Notes: generated by a model from the letters alone, not told the origin. Shown: positions 31,440 through 42,672, counted from the stretch's first letter. The stretch is 64,000 nt of DNA from an uncultured Alphaproteobacteria bacterium (GCA_963761395.1 CAVXHU010000043.1:2132-66131); one strand, 5' to 3'. Numbers and translations: made by a program.

Positions 31440-32969
31440 ATGGCCGATGAAACCGCAACGCTCGCCGCCTATGTCGCCAATCTGAAATTCGAGGACATCC
31501 CGCATGAGGTGCTGGAGCGCGCCAAGGTGCTCACGCTGGATTTTCTCGGCAGCGCCATTCGGGCGCGGCGCGACGCGGAATCCACGCCCTCGCTGCTCAA
31601 GATGCTCGAAGCGCTCGCGCTCGACGGCAACGGCGAATCCACCGTGTTCGGCGATGCCAAGAGCTGGACGCCGGCGGTGGCGGCATTGCTCAACGGCGCG
31701 CTCGGCCATTCGCTCGATTTCGACGATACGCATGCGGATTCCTCGCTGCATCCGAGCGCCCCGGTGGTGCCGGCCGCGTTCGCGGTCGGCGAGTTGGTCG
31801 GCGCCTCCGGCCGCGACGTCCTCACCGCTGTTGTGGCGGGCTATGAGGTCTGTTGCCGGCTCGGCAATGCGCTCGATCCGACCTCGCATTATGCGCGCGG
31901 CTTTCATCCGACAGCTACCGCCGGCACTTATGGCGCCGCCGCCGCGGCAGCAAAGCTGTTCGGCCTGACAAAACAGCAGATCATCGCGGCGTTCGGCGTC
32001 TCCGGCAGCCAGGCCGCGGGCTCGCTGCAGTTTTTGGTCAACGGCGCCTGGAACAAGCGCTACCAGGTTGGCGCCGCCGCGATGAATGGCGTGATCGCAG
32101 CCACATTGGCCCGCAACGATTTCGTCGGCGCAAGCGAATCGGTTGAGGGCAAGCACGGCCTGTTGGTCGGCTACAGCGACAACGCCCATCCCGACAAAGC
32201 CATCGCCGGGCTCGGCAAGATTTACGAGACCATGAAGATCGGCGTAAAGCCCTATCCCAGTTGCCGCTACACCCACGCCGCGCTCGATGCGCTGATCGCG
32301 ATGCGCCGGGAGCACAATTTGACGCCGGACCAGATCAAGCGGGTCGAGATCGGCCTGCATCGCAACGGCATCACGCTGACCGGCGACGCCGCCACCAAGC
32401 GGCATCCGACCTCGATCGTCGGCGGGCAGTTCTCGATGTTCTTCACCGGTGCCGTCGCGCTCGACCAGGGCCGCTTCGGCTGGGACGATTACAGTCGGCT
32501 TGGCGATGCCGCGGTCGACGCCCTCGCCGACAAATTCGACGTGGTGCAGGACGATCGCCTCGAGGTCGGCCGCAGCCACCCCTTCGGCGCGCGCGTCAGC
32601 ATCGTAACCGACGACGGCGTGCATGAGCGGCTCTATGCCGACCCCTCCGGCGAGCCGAATTCATTCCCGGACGCGCAGGCGATGGCGCAGAAATTTTTGA
32701 CCCTCGCCCGCCCGGTGCTCAATGGCCGCGCCGATCAGCTTGCGGACGCGATCCTCTCATTGGAAGATGATTTCGAGTCGCGTCGAAACCGATCGGGTCG
32801 AGAAAGCGACGCATCTGGGACGGCAGTAGCGCGGCGCGCGTCAAGTCAGGCTGTCCAGACATCGCGGTGCGTCACCCACACGTCCGCGACATGGCCGAAC
32901 AGGTCGATCTCGCGCGCCTTTTCGGCGCCGAGCCGCCGTGCCACCGCTTGCGATGCGGTGTTTTCCTGA
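31440..32969 (+). CDS. MmgE/PrpD family protein (C-terminus disrupted; native stop probably 32829)
   Basis: HSLDFDDTH....HP, GFHPT, KPYPSCRYTH, QFS. Confidence 0.9.
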   Translation: MADETATLAAYVANLKFEDIPHEVLERAKVLTLDFLGSAIRARRDAESTPSLLKMLEALALDGNGESTVFGDAKSWTPAVAALLNGALGHSLDFDDTHADSSLHPSAPVVPAAFAVGELVGASGRDVLTAVVAGYEVCCRLGNALDPTSHYARGFHPTATAGTYGAAAAAAKLFGLTKQQIIAAFGVSGSQAAGSLQFLVNGAWNKRYQVGAAAMNGVIAATLARNDFVGASESVEGKHGLLVGYSDNAHPDKAIAGLGKIYETMKIGVKPYPSCRYTHAALDALIAMRREHNLTPDQIKRVEIGLHRNGITLTGDAATKRHPTSIVGGQFSMFFTGAVALDQGRFGWDDYSRLGDAAVDALADKFDVVQDDRLEVGRSHPFGARVSIVTDDGVHERLYADPSGEPNSFPDAQAMAQKFLTLARPVLNGRADQLADAILSLEDDFESRRNRSGRESDASGTAVARRASSQAVQTSRCVTHTSATWPNRSISRAFSAPSRRATACDAVFS

Positions 32970-33424
32970 TCGATGCAGTGGATGATCTGGTCGAGTTCGA
33001 AGGTCGCGAACGCCCAGTCGATCGACGCCCGCGCCGCCTCCAATGCGTAGCCCTTGCCGCGAAATTCGCTTGAGATGCCCCAGCCGACTTCGAAGCCCGG
33101 CCAGCTCGGCGGAAACCACGGACCGACCCGCCCGACGAATTTTCCGGTCGGCTTTTCCTCGACCACGAACATGCCGGCGCCGTGCAGCGCCCAATGCCCG
33201 GCCATCACGGCCGCATTGCGCCATCCGGCCAACGCGGTGGTGACGGGCTTGCCGTCGACGGTGATGTAGCGCGCGGTGCCGGGATCGGCCAGCATCGCGG
33301 TGTTCGGTTCGACGTCGGCGCCGCGCCATTGCCGCAGTTTTAGCCGCTCGGTCTCGATGACGGGACCGTTCGGCTGGGCCAGCGTGACGCCGGGCTTGAG
33401 CGGGGGTAACATCGGTTTTTCCAT
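32846..33424 (-). CDS. GNAT N-acetyltransferase (RimJ/RimL-like)
   Basis: IETERLKLR, EVGW......RGKGYA.EAA, N.AS..VA.RLG. Confidence 0.9.
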   Translation of the reverse strand: MEKPMLPPLKPGVTLAQPNGPVIETERLKLRQWRGADVEPNTAMLADPGTARYITVDGKPVTTALAGWRNAAVMAGHWALHGAGMFVVEEKPTGKFVGRVGPWFPPSWPGFEVGWGISSEFRGKGYALEAARASIDWAFATFELDQIIHCIDQENTASQAVARRLGAEKAREIDLFGHVADVWVTHRDVWTA

Positions 33425-33457
33425 TCTCTCAATTTTTCTTGGAAAGTGCTTACCGCC

Positions 33458-33574
33458 GTCATTGCGAGGAGCGCAAGCGACGAAGCAATCCAGACTGACT
33501 TTGCTGTCCTCTGGATTGCTTCGCGGAGCCTGTCATCGGGCGCGCTTTCGCGCGACCCGTTGGCTCGCAATGAC
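33458..33574. repeat. GTCAT-type palindromic element (inverted copy of 6251-6364)
   Basis: GTCATTGCGAGGAGCGCAAGCGACGAAGCAATCCAG...CTCGCAATGAC. Confidence 0.9.
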
Positions 33575-33606
33575 GTGGTGGCGCTCTATCACAGCCCCGC
33601 TGGCTA

Positions 33607-33632
33607 TGGGTTCCGGCGTTCGCCGGGACGAC
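33607..33632. repeat. Half GTCGT-type element
   Basis: TGGGTTCCGGCGTTCGCCGGGACGAC matches the right arm at 17971-17996. Confidence 0.7.
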
Positions 33633-33702
33633 GATAATGTTTCCGCGCTTGGACGACAGTGGATAATTGCTGCTATGATCTAGCAAAAATCACGGAGACC
33701 TC

Positions 33703-34621
33703 ATGAGCTGGCTTCCCTCCAATGATCCCGTGCTCGGCGATCCCAAATCCTGCGACGCGCTGGAACTGGTGATCGTGCCGCGTACCCGCGACCTCGGCGA
33801 TGGATTCGAGGTGCGCCGGGCGCTGCCGCACGGCAAGCGCCAGATGGTCGGCCCCTTCATCTTCTTCGATCATTTCGGACCGGTGCAGTTCGTGTCCGGC
33901 AGGGGCATGGACGTGCGCCCGCATCCGCATATCGGGCTTGCCACCGTCACCTATCTGTTCGACGGCAGCATCATGCACCGCGACAGCGAGGGCAACATCC
34001 AGGAGATCCAGCCCGGCGCGATGAACCTGATGACGGCCGGGCGCGGCATCGCCCATTCCGAGCGCACCCCGGAGGTGCAGCGAAAGAGCGGCCAGAAGAT
34101 GCTGGGCCTGCAGAGCTGGATCGCGCTGCCATCAGGCGCCGAGGAAATCGCGCCGTCGTTCCAGCATTACGCGGCAGCCGACCTGCCTGTCGTACAAGAC
34201 CGCGGCTTCACGGCGCGGATCATCGCCGGCAGTTCGTTCGGCGTGAAATCGCCGGTTACGATGGTGTCGCCGTGGTTCTACACCGAGGTGAGCGCGGAGC
34301 AAGGCGTCAGCGTGCCGCTCGATCCCGACCACGAAGAACGCGCGATCTACCTGATCGATGGCGAAGTCGAGATCGCGGGCGATCGCTATGAAGGGCCCGC
34401 GGCTGTTGATTTTCCGGCCCGGCGATCGCATCACCGTAAAGGCTGCAAAACCGGTGCGGATGATGTTTCTCGGCGGCGATGCGCTGGAAGGCCCGCGCCA
34501 TATCTGGTGGAATTTCGTCTCCTCCAGCAAGGAGCGAATCGAGCAGGCCAAGGCGGACTGGAAGAGCGGCCGCTTCGCGCACGTCCCCAACGAGACCGAG
34601 TTCATTCCGCTGCCGGAGTGA
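33703..34621 (+). CDS. Pirin family protein (apparent +1 frameshift near 34397)
   Basis: [36 protein letters not shown]; C-term [12 protein letters not shown] in the next frame. Confidence 0.88.
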
Positions 34622-34695
34622 ACCGCTCAGCTCCCTTTTTCTTTTTTGCCCGCTCGCGCATCCGCGAGAAGGCGCCGTCTTTGAAAGTTTGACCG

Positions 34696-35644
34696 ATGAA
34701 CACGATGCTCGCCAGCGACCTGCCTCTGCAACGGATCGGGCGCGGCAAGGTCCGCGATATCTACGCCGTCGGCGACGACCGGCTGCTGCTGGTGACCACC
34801 GATCGCATCAGCGCCTTCGACGTCGTGATGGCCGAGACCATCCCGATGAAGGGCGCGGTGCTGACGCAGATCAGCGCCTGGTGGTTCGATCAACTCGAGG
34901 GCGTGGTGCCGCATCACATGATCAGCGCCGACGCCGATACCATCATCAGGCGAAGTGCCGGCGCTTAAAGGCTATCGCGCCGACCTCGCCGGGCGCGCGA
35001 TGCTGTGCCGGCGCACAGAAGTGTTCCCGATCGAATGCGTGATCCGCGGCTATCTGTCGGGCTCGGCGTGGAAGGAATATGCGCAGCAAGGCACACTCGC
35101 CGGCGAGAAGCTGCCGCCCGGCCTGCTCGAAAGCGCGAAGCTTGAACCGGCGATCTTCAGCCCGGCGACCAAGGCCGAGACCGGCCACGACGAGAACATC
35201 ACGGTGACGCGCATGCGCGCGGTCGTCGGCGACGAGGTGGCCTATGAGCTGGAGAGCATGGCCCGCGCGGTCTATACGCTCGGCGAAAAGATCAGCCGCG
35301 AACAAGGCATCATCATCGCCGACACCAAGTTTGAATTCGGGCGGGATCGCGACGGCCGTATCATCCTGATCGACGAGGTGATGACCCCCGACAGTTCGCG
35401 GTTCTGGGCGGCGGATGCCTACAAACCCGGCCAGCCGCAGCCGAGTTTCGACAAGCAGCCGCTGCGCGATTATCTCGACGCCGAGCGCCGCGCCGGCCGC
35501 TGGAACGGCGACGCGCCGCCACCGCCGCTGCCGGCCAGCGTGGTGGACGCCACCAGCAAACGCTATCTCGAGGCCTATCGCCGCGTCACGGGTGGCGAAC
35601 TGGGCTTCTCCCTCTCCCCGCTTGCGGGGAGAGGGTCGGGGTGA
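34696..35644 (+). CDS. purC: SAICAR synthetase (apparent +1 frameshift near 34949)
   Basis: [46 protein letters not shown]. Confidence 0.9.
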
Positions 35645-35765
35645 GGGGCTCTATCGGCCGGAAAAATATCGGAAACATATTTACAGCGCGACACTGGCAC
35701 CCCCTCACCCGAAATTCGAGCGTTGCTCGAATTTCGACCTCTCCCCGCAAGCGGGGCGAGGTGAA
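35608..35765. repeat. Palindromic repeat element, CCCTCTCCC family; overlaps the purC 3' end
   Basis: CTCCCTCTCCCCGCTTGCGGGGAGAGGGTCGGGGTGAGGGG ... CCCCTCACCC ... CCTCTCCCCGCAAGCGGGGCGAGGTGAA. Confidence 0.88.
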
Positions 35766-35815
35766 GTTAGAAGCATCGGATTTGAAAACCGAAAACCGCG
35801 AAGGGAGCGCAGGAC

Positions 35816-36619
35816 ATGACCGACGCCGATACCGTGCTTGTCGAACGCGATGGACCGGTGACCATCGTCTCCATCAATCGTCCGCATTGCCGTAACGCCG
35901 TCGACGGCGCCACCGCGCGAAAACTGTTCGATGCGTTCAGGGCTTTCGACGCCGACGCCGAGGCGTCGGTCGCGGTGTTCACCGGCACCGGCGGCTACTT
36001 CTGCGCCGGCGCCGACCTCAAGGCGGTGGCATCGGGCGATCCCAACAAGAAACGCGAGATCGGCGGTCACAATTCGATCGCGCCGATGGGACCGAGCCGC
36101 CTGCGCCTGTCAAAACCCGTGATCGCCGCGGTGGAAGGTTTTGCGGTGGCCGGCGGCATGGAACTGGCGCTGTGGGCGGACATGCGCGTCGTCGCCGAGG
36201 ATGCCACCTTCGGCATCTTCTGCCGCCGCTTCGGCGTGCCGCTGATCGATCTCGGCACCATCCGGCTGCCGCGTCTGATCGGTCATTCGCAGGCGATCGA
36301 TCTCATCCTGACCGGCCGCCCGGTCGGCGGCGCGGAAGCGCTGCGGATCGGCCTTGCCAACCGTCTCGTGCCCAAGGGCGAGGCGCTGAAACATGCGATT
36401 GCGCTGGCCCAGGATATCTCGCGCTTCCCGCAAACCTGCCTGCGCGCCGACCGGCTATCGGCATTGCGGCAATGGGATCTGGAAGAGGAAGCGGCGATTG
36501 CCAACGAAATGCGCGGCGGGCTCGAGGTGATCGCATCGGGCGAAACGCTGTCCGGTGCCACCCGCTTTGCGTCAGGCGTCGGGCGTCATGGCGCGTTCGG
36601 CGGGGGCAAACCGGACTGA
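35816..36619 (+). CDS. Crotonase/enoyl-CoA hydratase family protein
   Basis: FCAGADLK, KPVIAAVEG.AVAGG.ELAL..D. Confidence 0.95.
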   Translation: MTDADTVLVERDGPVTIVSINRPHCRNAVDGATARKLFDAFRAFDADAEASVAVFTGTGGYFCAGADLKAVASGDPNKKREIGGHNSIAPMGPSRLRLSKPVIAAVEGFAVAGGMELALWADMRVVAEDATFGIFCRRFGVPLIDLGTIRLPRLIGHSQAIDLILTGRPVGGAEALRIGLANRLVPKGEALKHAIALAQDISRFPQTCLRADRLSALRQWDLEEEAAIANEMRGGLEVIASGETLSGATRFASGVGRHGAFGGGKPD

Positions 36620-36621
36620 GT

Positions 36622-36646
36622 CGTCGTCCTGGCGTTCGCGGGACGA
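36622..36646. repeat. Collapsed GTCGT-type hairpin
   Basis: GTCGTCCTGGCGTTCGCGGGACGAC just after the stop codon. Confidence 0.6.
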
Positions 36647-36738
36647 CACTGGCGGATTGAGCGCGAGCTCCGCGGCGCCCCCGCACCACAAAAATTAGCT
36701 TGTCCCTGACTGCTGTGGTCGTTTACCACTGACATCGG

Positions 36739-38958
36739 GTGTCAGGGATAAGCTCACGCGTGGTCAGTCGATCTGCCAGTTTCGGACCTGGGGTACGCGC
36801 AGCGCTTAATAACGTTCTCGGCGGCAGCGCGGCCAGCGTTCTGACCGTTACGTTCGGACTGTCCTACTCGCTATTGATCTTCTCGGGCCCCTTGGCGCCT
36901 TACCTGTCCTACGGTGTCGCCGCGATCTTCATTTCATCGGCCGTTCTCGCCAGCGTTATCGCGCTCGGAAGCTCGATGCCGTTCGCGATCGCGGGCCCCG
37001 AGAGCTCCACCGCGGCGACGATGGGAATATTGGCGTCATCGCTGGTCGAGCGCATGGCTGCGACCGATCCGACGGCTCCGTTGCTCGCGCCGGTTCTCAT
37101 CACGCTCGGCCTTGCAAGCATCGCGACCGGGATCGTGCTCTGCGGCTTCGGGATGACGCGGATGGGCCGCGCGATCCGCTATGTGCCCTATCCAGTGGTC
37201 GGCGGATTTCTCGGCGCGACCGGCTGCCTGATCGTTCTTGGTGCGATTCGCGTCATCACCGGCCAGCGCCTCCAATTTGCGACGCTCGACCGGTTCGCAA
37301 ATCTCCTGACGCTGTCCGAACTGGCGGCGGCCTGCGCGATGGCGCTGGTTCTGTATCTGACCTGGCACCGTTCCCGCAGTTCGCTTGGACTACCGGCCAT
37401 TCTGATCGGCGGCGTGATTGCCGCGCATGTCGCGTTCTGGTTTGCCGGCATCTCATCGGCGGAGGCGCAGGCCGCCGGCTGGACTTTTCAGCCACCGCCT
37501 CCCGTTTCCTTCATGTTGCCGTGGAGCGCCAATGAAATCAGCCGCTATCCCTGGTACGCGGTGCCGGACCTGTTAGGCAATTTGATTGCCGTCGCCTTTG
37601 TGACGGCAACAAGCACCTTGTTCAACACCACCGGCGTCGAAGTCGCGTTGCAACGCGAAGCCAATCTCGAACGCGAATTAAACGTCACCGGCCTGGCCAA
37701 CATCCTGTCGGGCGCGTTCGGAGGCTATACCGGCTGTATTTCCATCAGCCGTTCCGTGCTCAACTTCAACAGCGGCGGCAGGGGCCGGCTGTCCGGCCTC
37801 ACCGTCGCCGCGATCTCAGCGCTGATGCTGGCCGTTGCGCCCGTGCTGCTCGGCTACATGCCGAAATTCGTGCTCGGCGGCCTGCTGATCTATCTGGGCG
37901 CGGACCAGCTGCACAAATGGATCGTTCAGTCGCGACGGCGGCTTTCGTTCGTCGAATATCTCTCATTGCTGGCGATCATCGTCATCATCGTGCAATGGGG
38001 TTTTGTCGCCGGCATCCTGATCGGCGTCGTGATCGGTTGCGCGACCTTCGCGCTCAGCGCCTCGCGCATTGATTCGATCAAATACAGTTTTGACGGATCC
38101 GAATATCGCAGTTCGCTGGACCGCTCGCGCGACGACCAGGCGGTGCTCGCCGCGCATGGCGGCAAGATCCAGGGCCTGAACCTGCAGAGCTATCTGTTCT
38201 TCGGCTCGGCCAACCGGCTTTACCAGCACGTCAAGGCGCTGCTCGCGCGTCATCCGGAATGCCGCTTCCTGGTGTTCGACTTCAAGCTTGTCACCGGCAT
38301 CGATTCGTCCGCCGCCTACAGTTTCGCGCAGATCAAGCGGACCGCCGATGATCGCGGCATCAAGCTGGTGCTGGTGCACCTTCCCTCCGCCGCCGAGAAG
38401 GCCTTGCGATCAAGCGAATTCATCTCGCGCGAGGTCAGCATCGTGCCCGAACTGGACCACGCGCTGGAGTGGTGCGAGAACGAGATCATTGCGCAGCATC
38501 AGGGCCTCGAAGGCGAGGAAGCCTCGCTGCGCGACTGGTTCACCCAGATTCTCGGGACCGAAGACGACGCCGCGGAGTTGATGCACCGCTGTCAGCGCAT
38601 CGAGGTCGAGGCCGGCGAGACCATCGTCCGCGCCGGCGAGGCCGCCGATTCCATGCATTTCATTCTGGACGGACGCGTCGGGATCATGATTCCGGCGGAT
38701 GAAGGCCGTACCACGCGGGTGCGAAGCCTCGGCCGTTACACGACCATCGGCGAGATGGGCCTTGTCTCGCATGCGCCGCGCAGCGCAACCATCCAGGCCG
38801 AGGTCGCGAGCATTCTCTACGTGCTGAGCGCCGATCAATTCGAAGGCATCAAGAGCGAAAATCCGGCCCTCGGCCAAAAATTGCTGACCTATTTCGTTTC
38901 CGTGATGGCCGAGCGCCTGACCTTCGCCAATCGCATGATCGCGGTGCTGCGCCGGTAG
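36739..38958 (+). CDS. SulP/SLC26 anion transporter with STAS and cNMP-binding domains
   Basis: RYVPYPVVGGF, ELN..GLAN, YLFFGSA, DF..V..IDSSA, GEMGL....PRSAT; start codon uncertain. Confidence 0.92.
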   Translation: MSGISSRVVSRSASFGPGVRAALNNVLGGSAASVLTVTFGLSYSLLIFSGPLAPYLSYGVAAIFISSAVLASVIALGSSMPFAIAGPESSTAATMGILASSLVERMAATDPTAPLLAPVLITLGLASIATGIVLCGFGMTRMGRAIRYVPYPVVGGFLGATGCLIVLGAIRVITGQRLQFATLDRFANLLTLSELAAACAMALVLYLTWHRSRSSLGLPAILIGGVIAAHVAFWFAGISSAEAQAAGWTFQPPPPVSFMLPWSANEISRYPWYAVPDLLGNLIAVAFVTATSTLFNTTGVEVALQREANLERELNVTGLANILSGAFGGYTGCISISRSVLNFNSGGRGRLSGLTVAAISALMLAVAPVLLGYMPKFVLGGLLIYLGADQLHKWIVQSRRRLSFVEYLSLLAIIVIIVQWGFVAGILIGVVIGCATFALSASRIDSIKYSFDGSEYRSSLDRSRDDQAVLAAHGGKIQGLNLQSYLFFGSANRLYQHVKALLARHPECRFLVFDFKLVTGIDSSAAYSFAQIKRTADDRGIKLVLVHLPSAAEKALRSSEFISREVSIVPELDHALEWCENEIIAQHQGLEGEEASLRDWFTQILGTEDDAAELMHRCQRIEVEAGETIVRAGEAADSMHFILDGRVGIMIPADEGRTTRVRSLGRYTTIGEMGLVSHAPRSATIQAEVASILYVLSADQFEGIKSENPALGQKLLTYFVSVMAERLTFANRMIAVLRR

Positions 38959-38963
38959 AATTT

Positions 38964-39000
38964 GTCGTCCCGGTGTTCGCCTGGCATTCGCCGGGACGAC
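38964..39000. repeat. Collapsed GTCGT-type hairpin between convergent genes
   Basis: GTCGTCCCGGTGTTCGCCTGGCATTCGCCGGGACGAC. Confidence 0.7.
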
Positions 39001-39018
39001 GTAGAGGATGGGGCGACC

Positions 39019-40515
39019 TCAAATCCCCGCCATCATCACGTATTTGATCTCGACATATTCTTCCATGCCGAGATGCGAGCCTTCGCGCCCCAGGCCGCTT
39101 TCCTTGACGCCGCCGAACGGCGCGACCTCGGTGGTGATCAGCCCGGTGTTGACGCCGACCATGCCGGACTCCAGCGCTTCAGCCACCCGCCAGACCCGGC
39201 CGAGATCGCGCGCGTAAAAGTACGAGGCGAGGCCGAACGGCGAATTGTTGCACATCGCGATCACGTCGGCCTCGTTCTTGAAGCGGAACACCGGCGCCAG
39301 CGGCCCAAAGGTTTCTTCCTGCGACACCAGCGCGTCGGGCGCGACGTTGGCCAGCACCGTCGGCTCGAAGAAGGTGCCGCCGAGCGAATGGCGTTTTCCC
39401 CCGGTGACGATCCTGGCGCCGTGCTTGAGCGCATCCGCAATGTGCTTTTCGACCTTGTCGACGGCGGCCATGTTGATCAGCGGCCCCTGCGTCACGCCTT
39501 GCTCGGTACCGTCGCCGACCTTCATCGCGGCGGCTTTTTTGGAGAGCTTTTCGACGAATTGATCGTAGATCTTGTCCTGGGCGTAGATGCGATTGGCGCA
39601 GACGCAGGTCTGGCCCATGTTGCGGTATTTCGAGACCATGGCGCCCTCGACCGCGGCATCGATATCGGCGTCGTCGAACACCACGAACGGCGCGTTGCCG
39701 CCAAGCTCGAGCCCGAGCTTCTTCACCCCGACCGCGGCCTGCTGATACAAAATCTTCCCGACTTCGGTCGAGCCGGTGAAGCCGACGAAGCGCACCGCGG
39801 GATGTTCGCACAAGACCTTGCCGATCGCCGAGGAATTGCCGGTGAGGATATTGAACACGCCCTTGGGCACGCCGGCCTTCTCGGCCAGCGCCACCAGCGC
39901 CAGCGCGGTGAGCGGCGTCTCGTTGGCGGGCTTCAGCACCACGGTGCAGCCGGCGGCCAGCGCCGGCGACACCTTGCGGGTGATCATCGAACAGGGAAAA
40001 TTCCACGGCGTGATCGCGCCGCAAACGCCGATCGGCTGGCGGATCGCGAGCAGCCGCGCGTCCGGGCGCTGCGTCGGAATGGTTTCGCCATAGACGCGCC
40101 GCGCCTCCTCGGCGAAGAACTCGACATAGGCGCCGCCGATGTCGACCTCGCCAAGCGCTTCGGCCAGCGGCTTGCCCTGCTCCGAAGTCAGGATCAGGGC
40201 CAGGTCTTCGCGGTTGGCGATGATCAGATCGAACCATTTGCGCAGGATGTTGGAGCGCTGCTTGGCGGTGAGCTTGGCCCAGCCGGGAAACGCGCGCTCG
40301 GCGGCTTCCACGGCCTGGGTCGCTTCCGCGGTGCTCATCTTTGGCACCTTGGCAAGCTCGACGCCGTTGACCGGATTGGTCACGGGATTGGCGGGCGTGC
40401 CGGTCCAGACGCCGTCGATGTAGCAGCGGTCGCGCAGCAGCGAGGGATCCTTGAGGCGGTCGCGCAGCGATGGCGCGGAGGTTTGCGAAGTGCGTGCAGC
40501 AGCGGTGGGGGACAT
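39019..40515 (-). CDS. gabD: NAD(P)-dependent succinate-semialdehyde dehydrogenase
   Basis: ITPWNFP, FTGSTEVG, LELGGNAP, RNMGQTCVC, EETFGP, GGVKESGLGREG. Confidence 0.92.
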   Translation of the reverse strand: MSPTAAARTSQTSAPSLRDRLKDPSLLRDRCYIDGVWTGTPANPVTNPVNGVELAKVPKMSTAEATQAVEAAERAFPGWAKLTAKQRSNILRKWFDLIIANREDLALILTSEQGKPLAEALGEVDIGGAYVEFFAEEARRVYGETIPTQRPDARLLAIRQPIGVCGAITPWNFPCSMITRKVSPALAAGCTVVLKPANETPLTALALVALAEKAGVPKGVFNILTGNSSAIGKVLCEHPAVRFVGFTGSTEVGKILYQQAAVGVKKLGLELGGNAPFVVFDDADIDAAVEGAMVSKYRNMGQTCVCANRIYAQDKIYDQFVEKLSKKAAAMKVGDGTEQGVTQGPLINMAAVDKVEKHIADALKHGARIVTGGKRHSLGGTFFEPTVLANVAPDALVSQEETFGPLAPVFRFKNEADVIAMCNNSPFGLASYFYARDLGRVWRVAEALESGMVGVNTGLITTEVAPFGGVKESGLGREGSHLGMEEYVEIKYVMMAGI

Positions 40516-40703
40516 GGCGTTACTCCTCGGATTTTCGTTGGGCGTTTCTTGCGATGCTTCTTGGTCTACAGGCCAAAAGTATAGGCTCAAACGGGCCGCG
40601 ATGCACCGGCCGCCAGCCGGCGGCGCGCGGCGTTTTCAAGGCAAATTCGTGGGGCCCGCGGTTCCCGGACGAAAAAGAAATCGGCAAGCCGAGCAAGGGC
40701 CGT

Positions 40704-41024
40704 TCAGGCCGCGCCGCTCATATAGGCTTCGCGGCGGCCGATCATGCGCTCGGCCGCGGCCTTGGCGTCCGCCTTGGTGGAGGTCGCGCAGGTGCGATAT
40801 TCGAGGTCGGCCACCACTGCAGGTTCGCGCCGTCCGAACCACGATTTTGAGCCGACCGTGAGTTGCGACAACGCCTGAGCGACATTGTCGACCGCGCCGA
40901 ACGAGTGCAGCGCACCGGTACCGGCGAAGCGGACTTCGTAGATGCCCGGGGTGATGGGTGCTTCAATATTTTCGCCGCGCCCAGCCCGGGGATACCGTTT
41001 CCATTCGCTCCAGGTCGAAATCAT
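40704..41024 (-). CDS. Hypothetical protein
   Basis: 106-aa ORF with AAGGA RBS and host-like codon use. Confidence 0.7.
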   Translation of the reverse strand: MISTWSEWKRYPRAGRGENIEAPITPGIYEVRFAGTGALHSFGAVDNVAQALSQLTVGSKSWFGRREPAVVADLEYRTCATSTKADAKAAAERMIGRREAYMSGAA

Positions 41025-41356
41025 TTTGGTTCCTTCGCGACTTCGAAAGCCGCAATCATTTTTGTCAAATCATATGGCCCGGCAGCACCTATTTGTGCTG
41101 CAATCTGAACATCTTACTACAAAACCCGCTTCCGGAAATCAACGGCCGGCCAAGATATCGCAGATATCGCCGGAGGTCACCGATGATGCAGGTCAATCCA
41201 CCGCAAATTATGGCGGATGTTGCAGTTCAGTCGCGCCCCACTGCGGCAGCGATCACGAGATCGCGACGGCGCGCCCCAAGCAACCGCTCACGCTTGCGGG
41301 AGGTGGCGGCCGGGAGGAAGATCGGCCGTTTCCAAAAAATAACGGGAGGTGACCCC

Positions 41357-42544
41357 ATGCAAAATCAAGCTCAGATTGATCAGCTGCTGCGTCAGAAAAG
41401 CGAAGCCAAGGAAATTCCCGGCGTGGTCGCAATCGCCGCGACCAGCAAAGAGGTGATCTATCAGGGCGCGTACGGCAAGCGCGACCTGTCCAAAGACGAC
41501 GCCATGACTGCCGACAGCGTGTTCTGGATCGCCTCCATGAGCAAGGCGATCACGGCGGCGGCGGCCATGCAGCTGGTCGAGCAAGGCAAGCTTTCGCTCG
41601 ACGCGCCGATCGGCAAGGTGCTGCCCGACCTCGCCGCGCCGCAAGTGCTCGAAGGGTACGATGCCAAGGGCGAACCAAAACTGCGGCCGGCGAGGAATCC
41701 GATCACGCTGCGCCACCTCATGACCCATACCGCCGGCTTCTGCTACCACTTGTGGAACGGCGACATGGTGAAATATCTGGAGAAGACCGGCACGCCCGAC
41801 ATCACCAGCTGCAAGAACGCCGCGCTGCAGACACCGATCATGTCCGACCCCGGCACGCGCTGGGAATACGGCATCAATATCGATTTCGTCGGCAAGGCGG
41901 TCGAGGCCATTAGCGGCAAGAAACTCGACGCTTACTTGCGCGATCATCTGTTTACGCCGCTCGGCATGACCGATACCGGCTTCAAGATCGGGGAATCGCA
42001 ACGCAAGCGCCTCGTCGCCATGCATCAGCGTGGAGAGGATGGATCGCTGGCGCCAATCCCGTTCGAGCTCGAGCAGGACCCGGAATTCCACATGGGTGGC
42101 GGCGGGCTTTACGGCACCGCGGGCGATTACATCAAGTTCACCCGGATGATCCTCAACAAGGGCCGCGGCAACGGCAACCAGGTGCTGAAACCCGAGACCG
42201 TTGCGATGATGGGACAGAACCACATCGGCGAACTCAACATGACCAGGATGACCACGGCGGTCGCGTGGGCCACCAACGATGTCGATCTCTATCCGGACAT
42301 GGTGAAGAAATGGGGGCTCTCTTTCCTGATCAATACCGCCAGAACAGCGGAGGGCCGCAGCCCCGGCAGCCTCGCCTGGGCAGGGCTTGCCAACACTTAT
42401 TTCTGGATCGACCCGTCGCGCGACGTCAGCGGCGTGATCCTGATGCAGGTGCTGCCGTTCGCGGACCAAAAATGCCTGGAAACGTTTGCAGGCTTCGAGA
42501 GCGGCGTCTATGCCGGGCTCGATGCGGGCCAAAAGGCGGCGTAG
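41357..42544 (+). CDS. Serine hydrolase (beta-lactamase class C-like esterase)
   Basis: ASMSK (SxxK), LMTHTAG, PG..WEYG, WAG.ANT.FWID; GGAGGT RBS. Confidence 0.93.
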   Translation: MQNQAQIDQLLRQKSEAKEIPGVVAIAATSKEVIYQGAYGKRDLSKDDAMTADSVFWIASMSKAITAAAAMQLVEQGKLSLDAPIGKVLPDLAAPQVLEGYDAKGEPKLRPARNPITLRHLMTHTAGFCYHLWNGDMVKYLEKTGTPDITSCKNAALQTPIMSDPGTRWEYGINIDFVGKAVEAISGKKLDAYLRDHLFTPLGMTDTGFKIGESQRKRLVAMHQRGEDGSLAPIPFELEQDPEFHMGGGGLYGTAGDYIKFTRMILNKGRGNGNQVLKPETVAMMGQNHIGELNMTRMTTAVAWATNDVDLYPDMVKKWGLSFLINTARTAEGRSPGSLAWAGLANTYFWIDPSRDVSGVILMQVLPFADQKCLETFAGFESGVYAGLDAGQKAA

Positions 42545-42672
42545 CCGCGTCAGCTTTTCCCGGCGAGGTCTTTTCTGATCGCGCCGGGAAAAGGCCCCAC
42601 GACCAAGCCTCCGCACGAAGCCTTGCACGCAATGTCTCCATCGCGCATGCTTCGACGCATGGAGAGACAGAC

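Noticed and set aside
34358-35644. Programmed frameshifting in pirin or purC
   Set aside because: No slippery heptamer or stimulatory structure; same error signature as in lnt and rimP.
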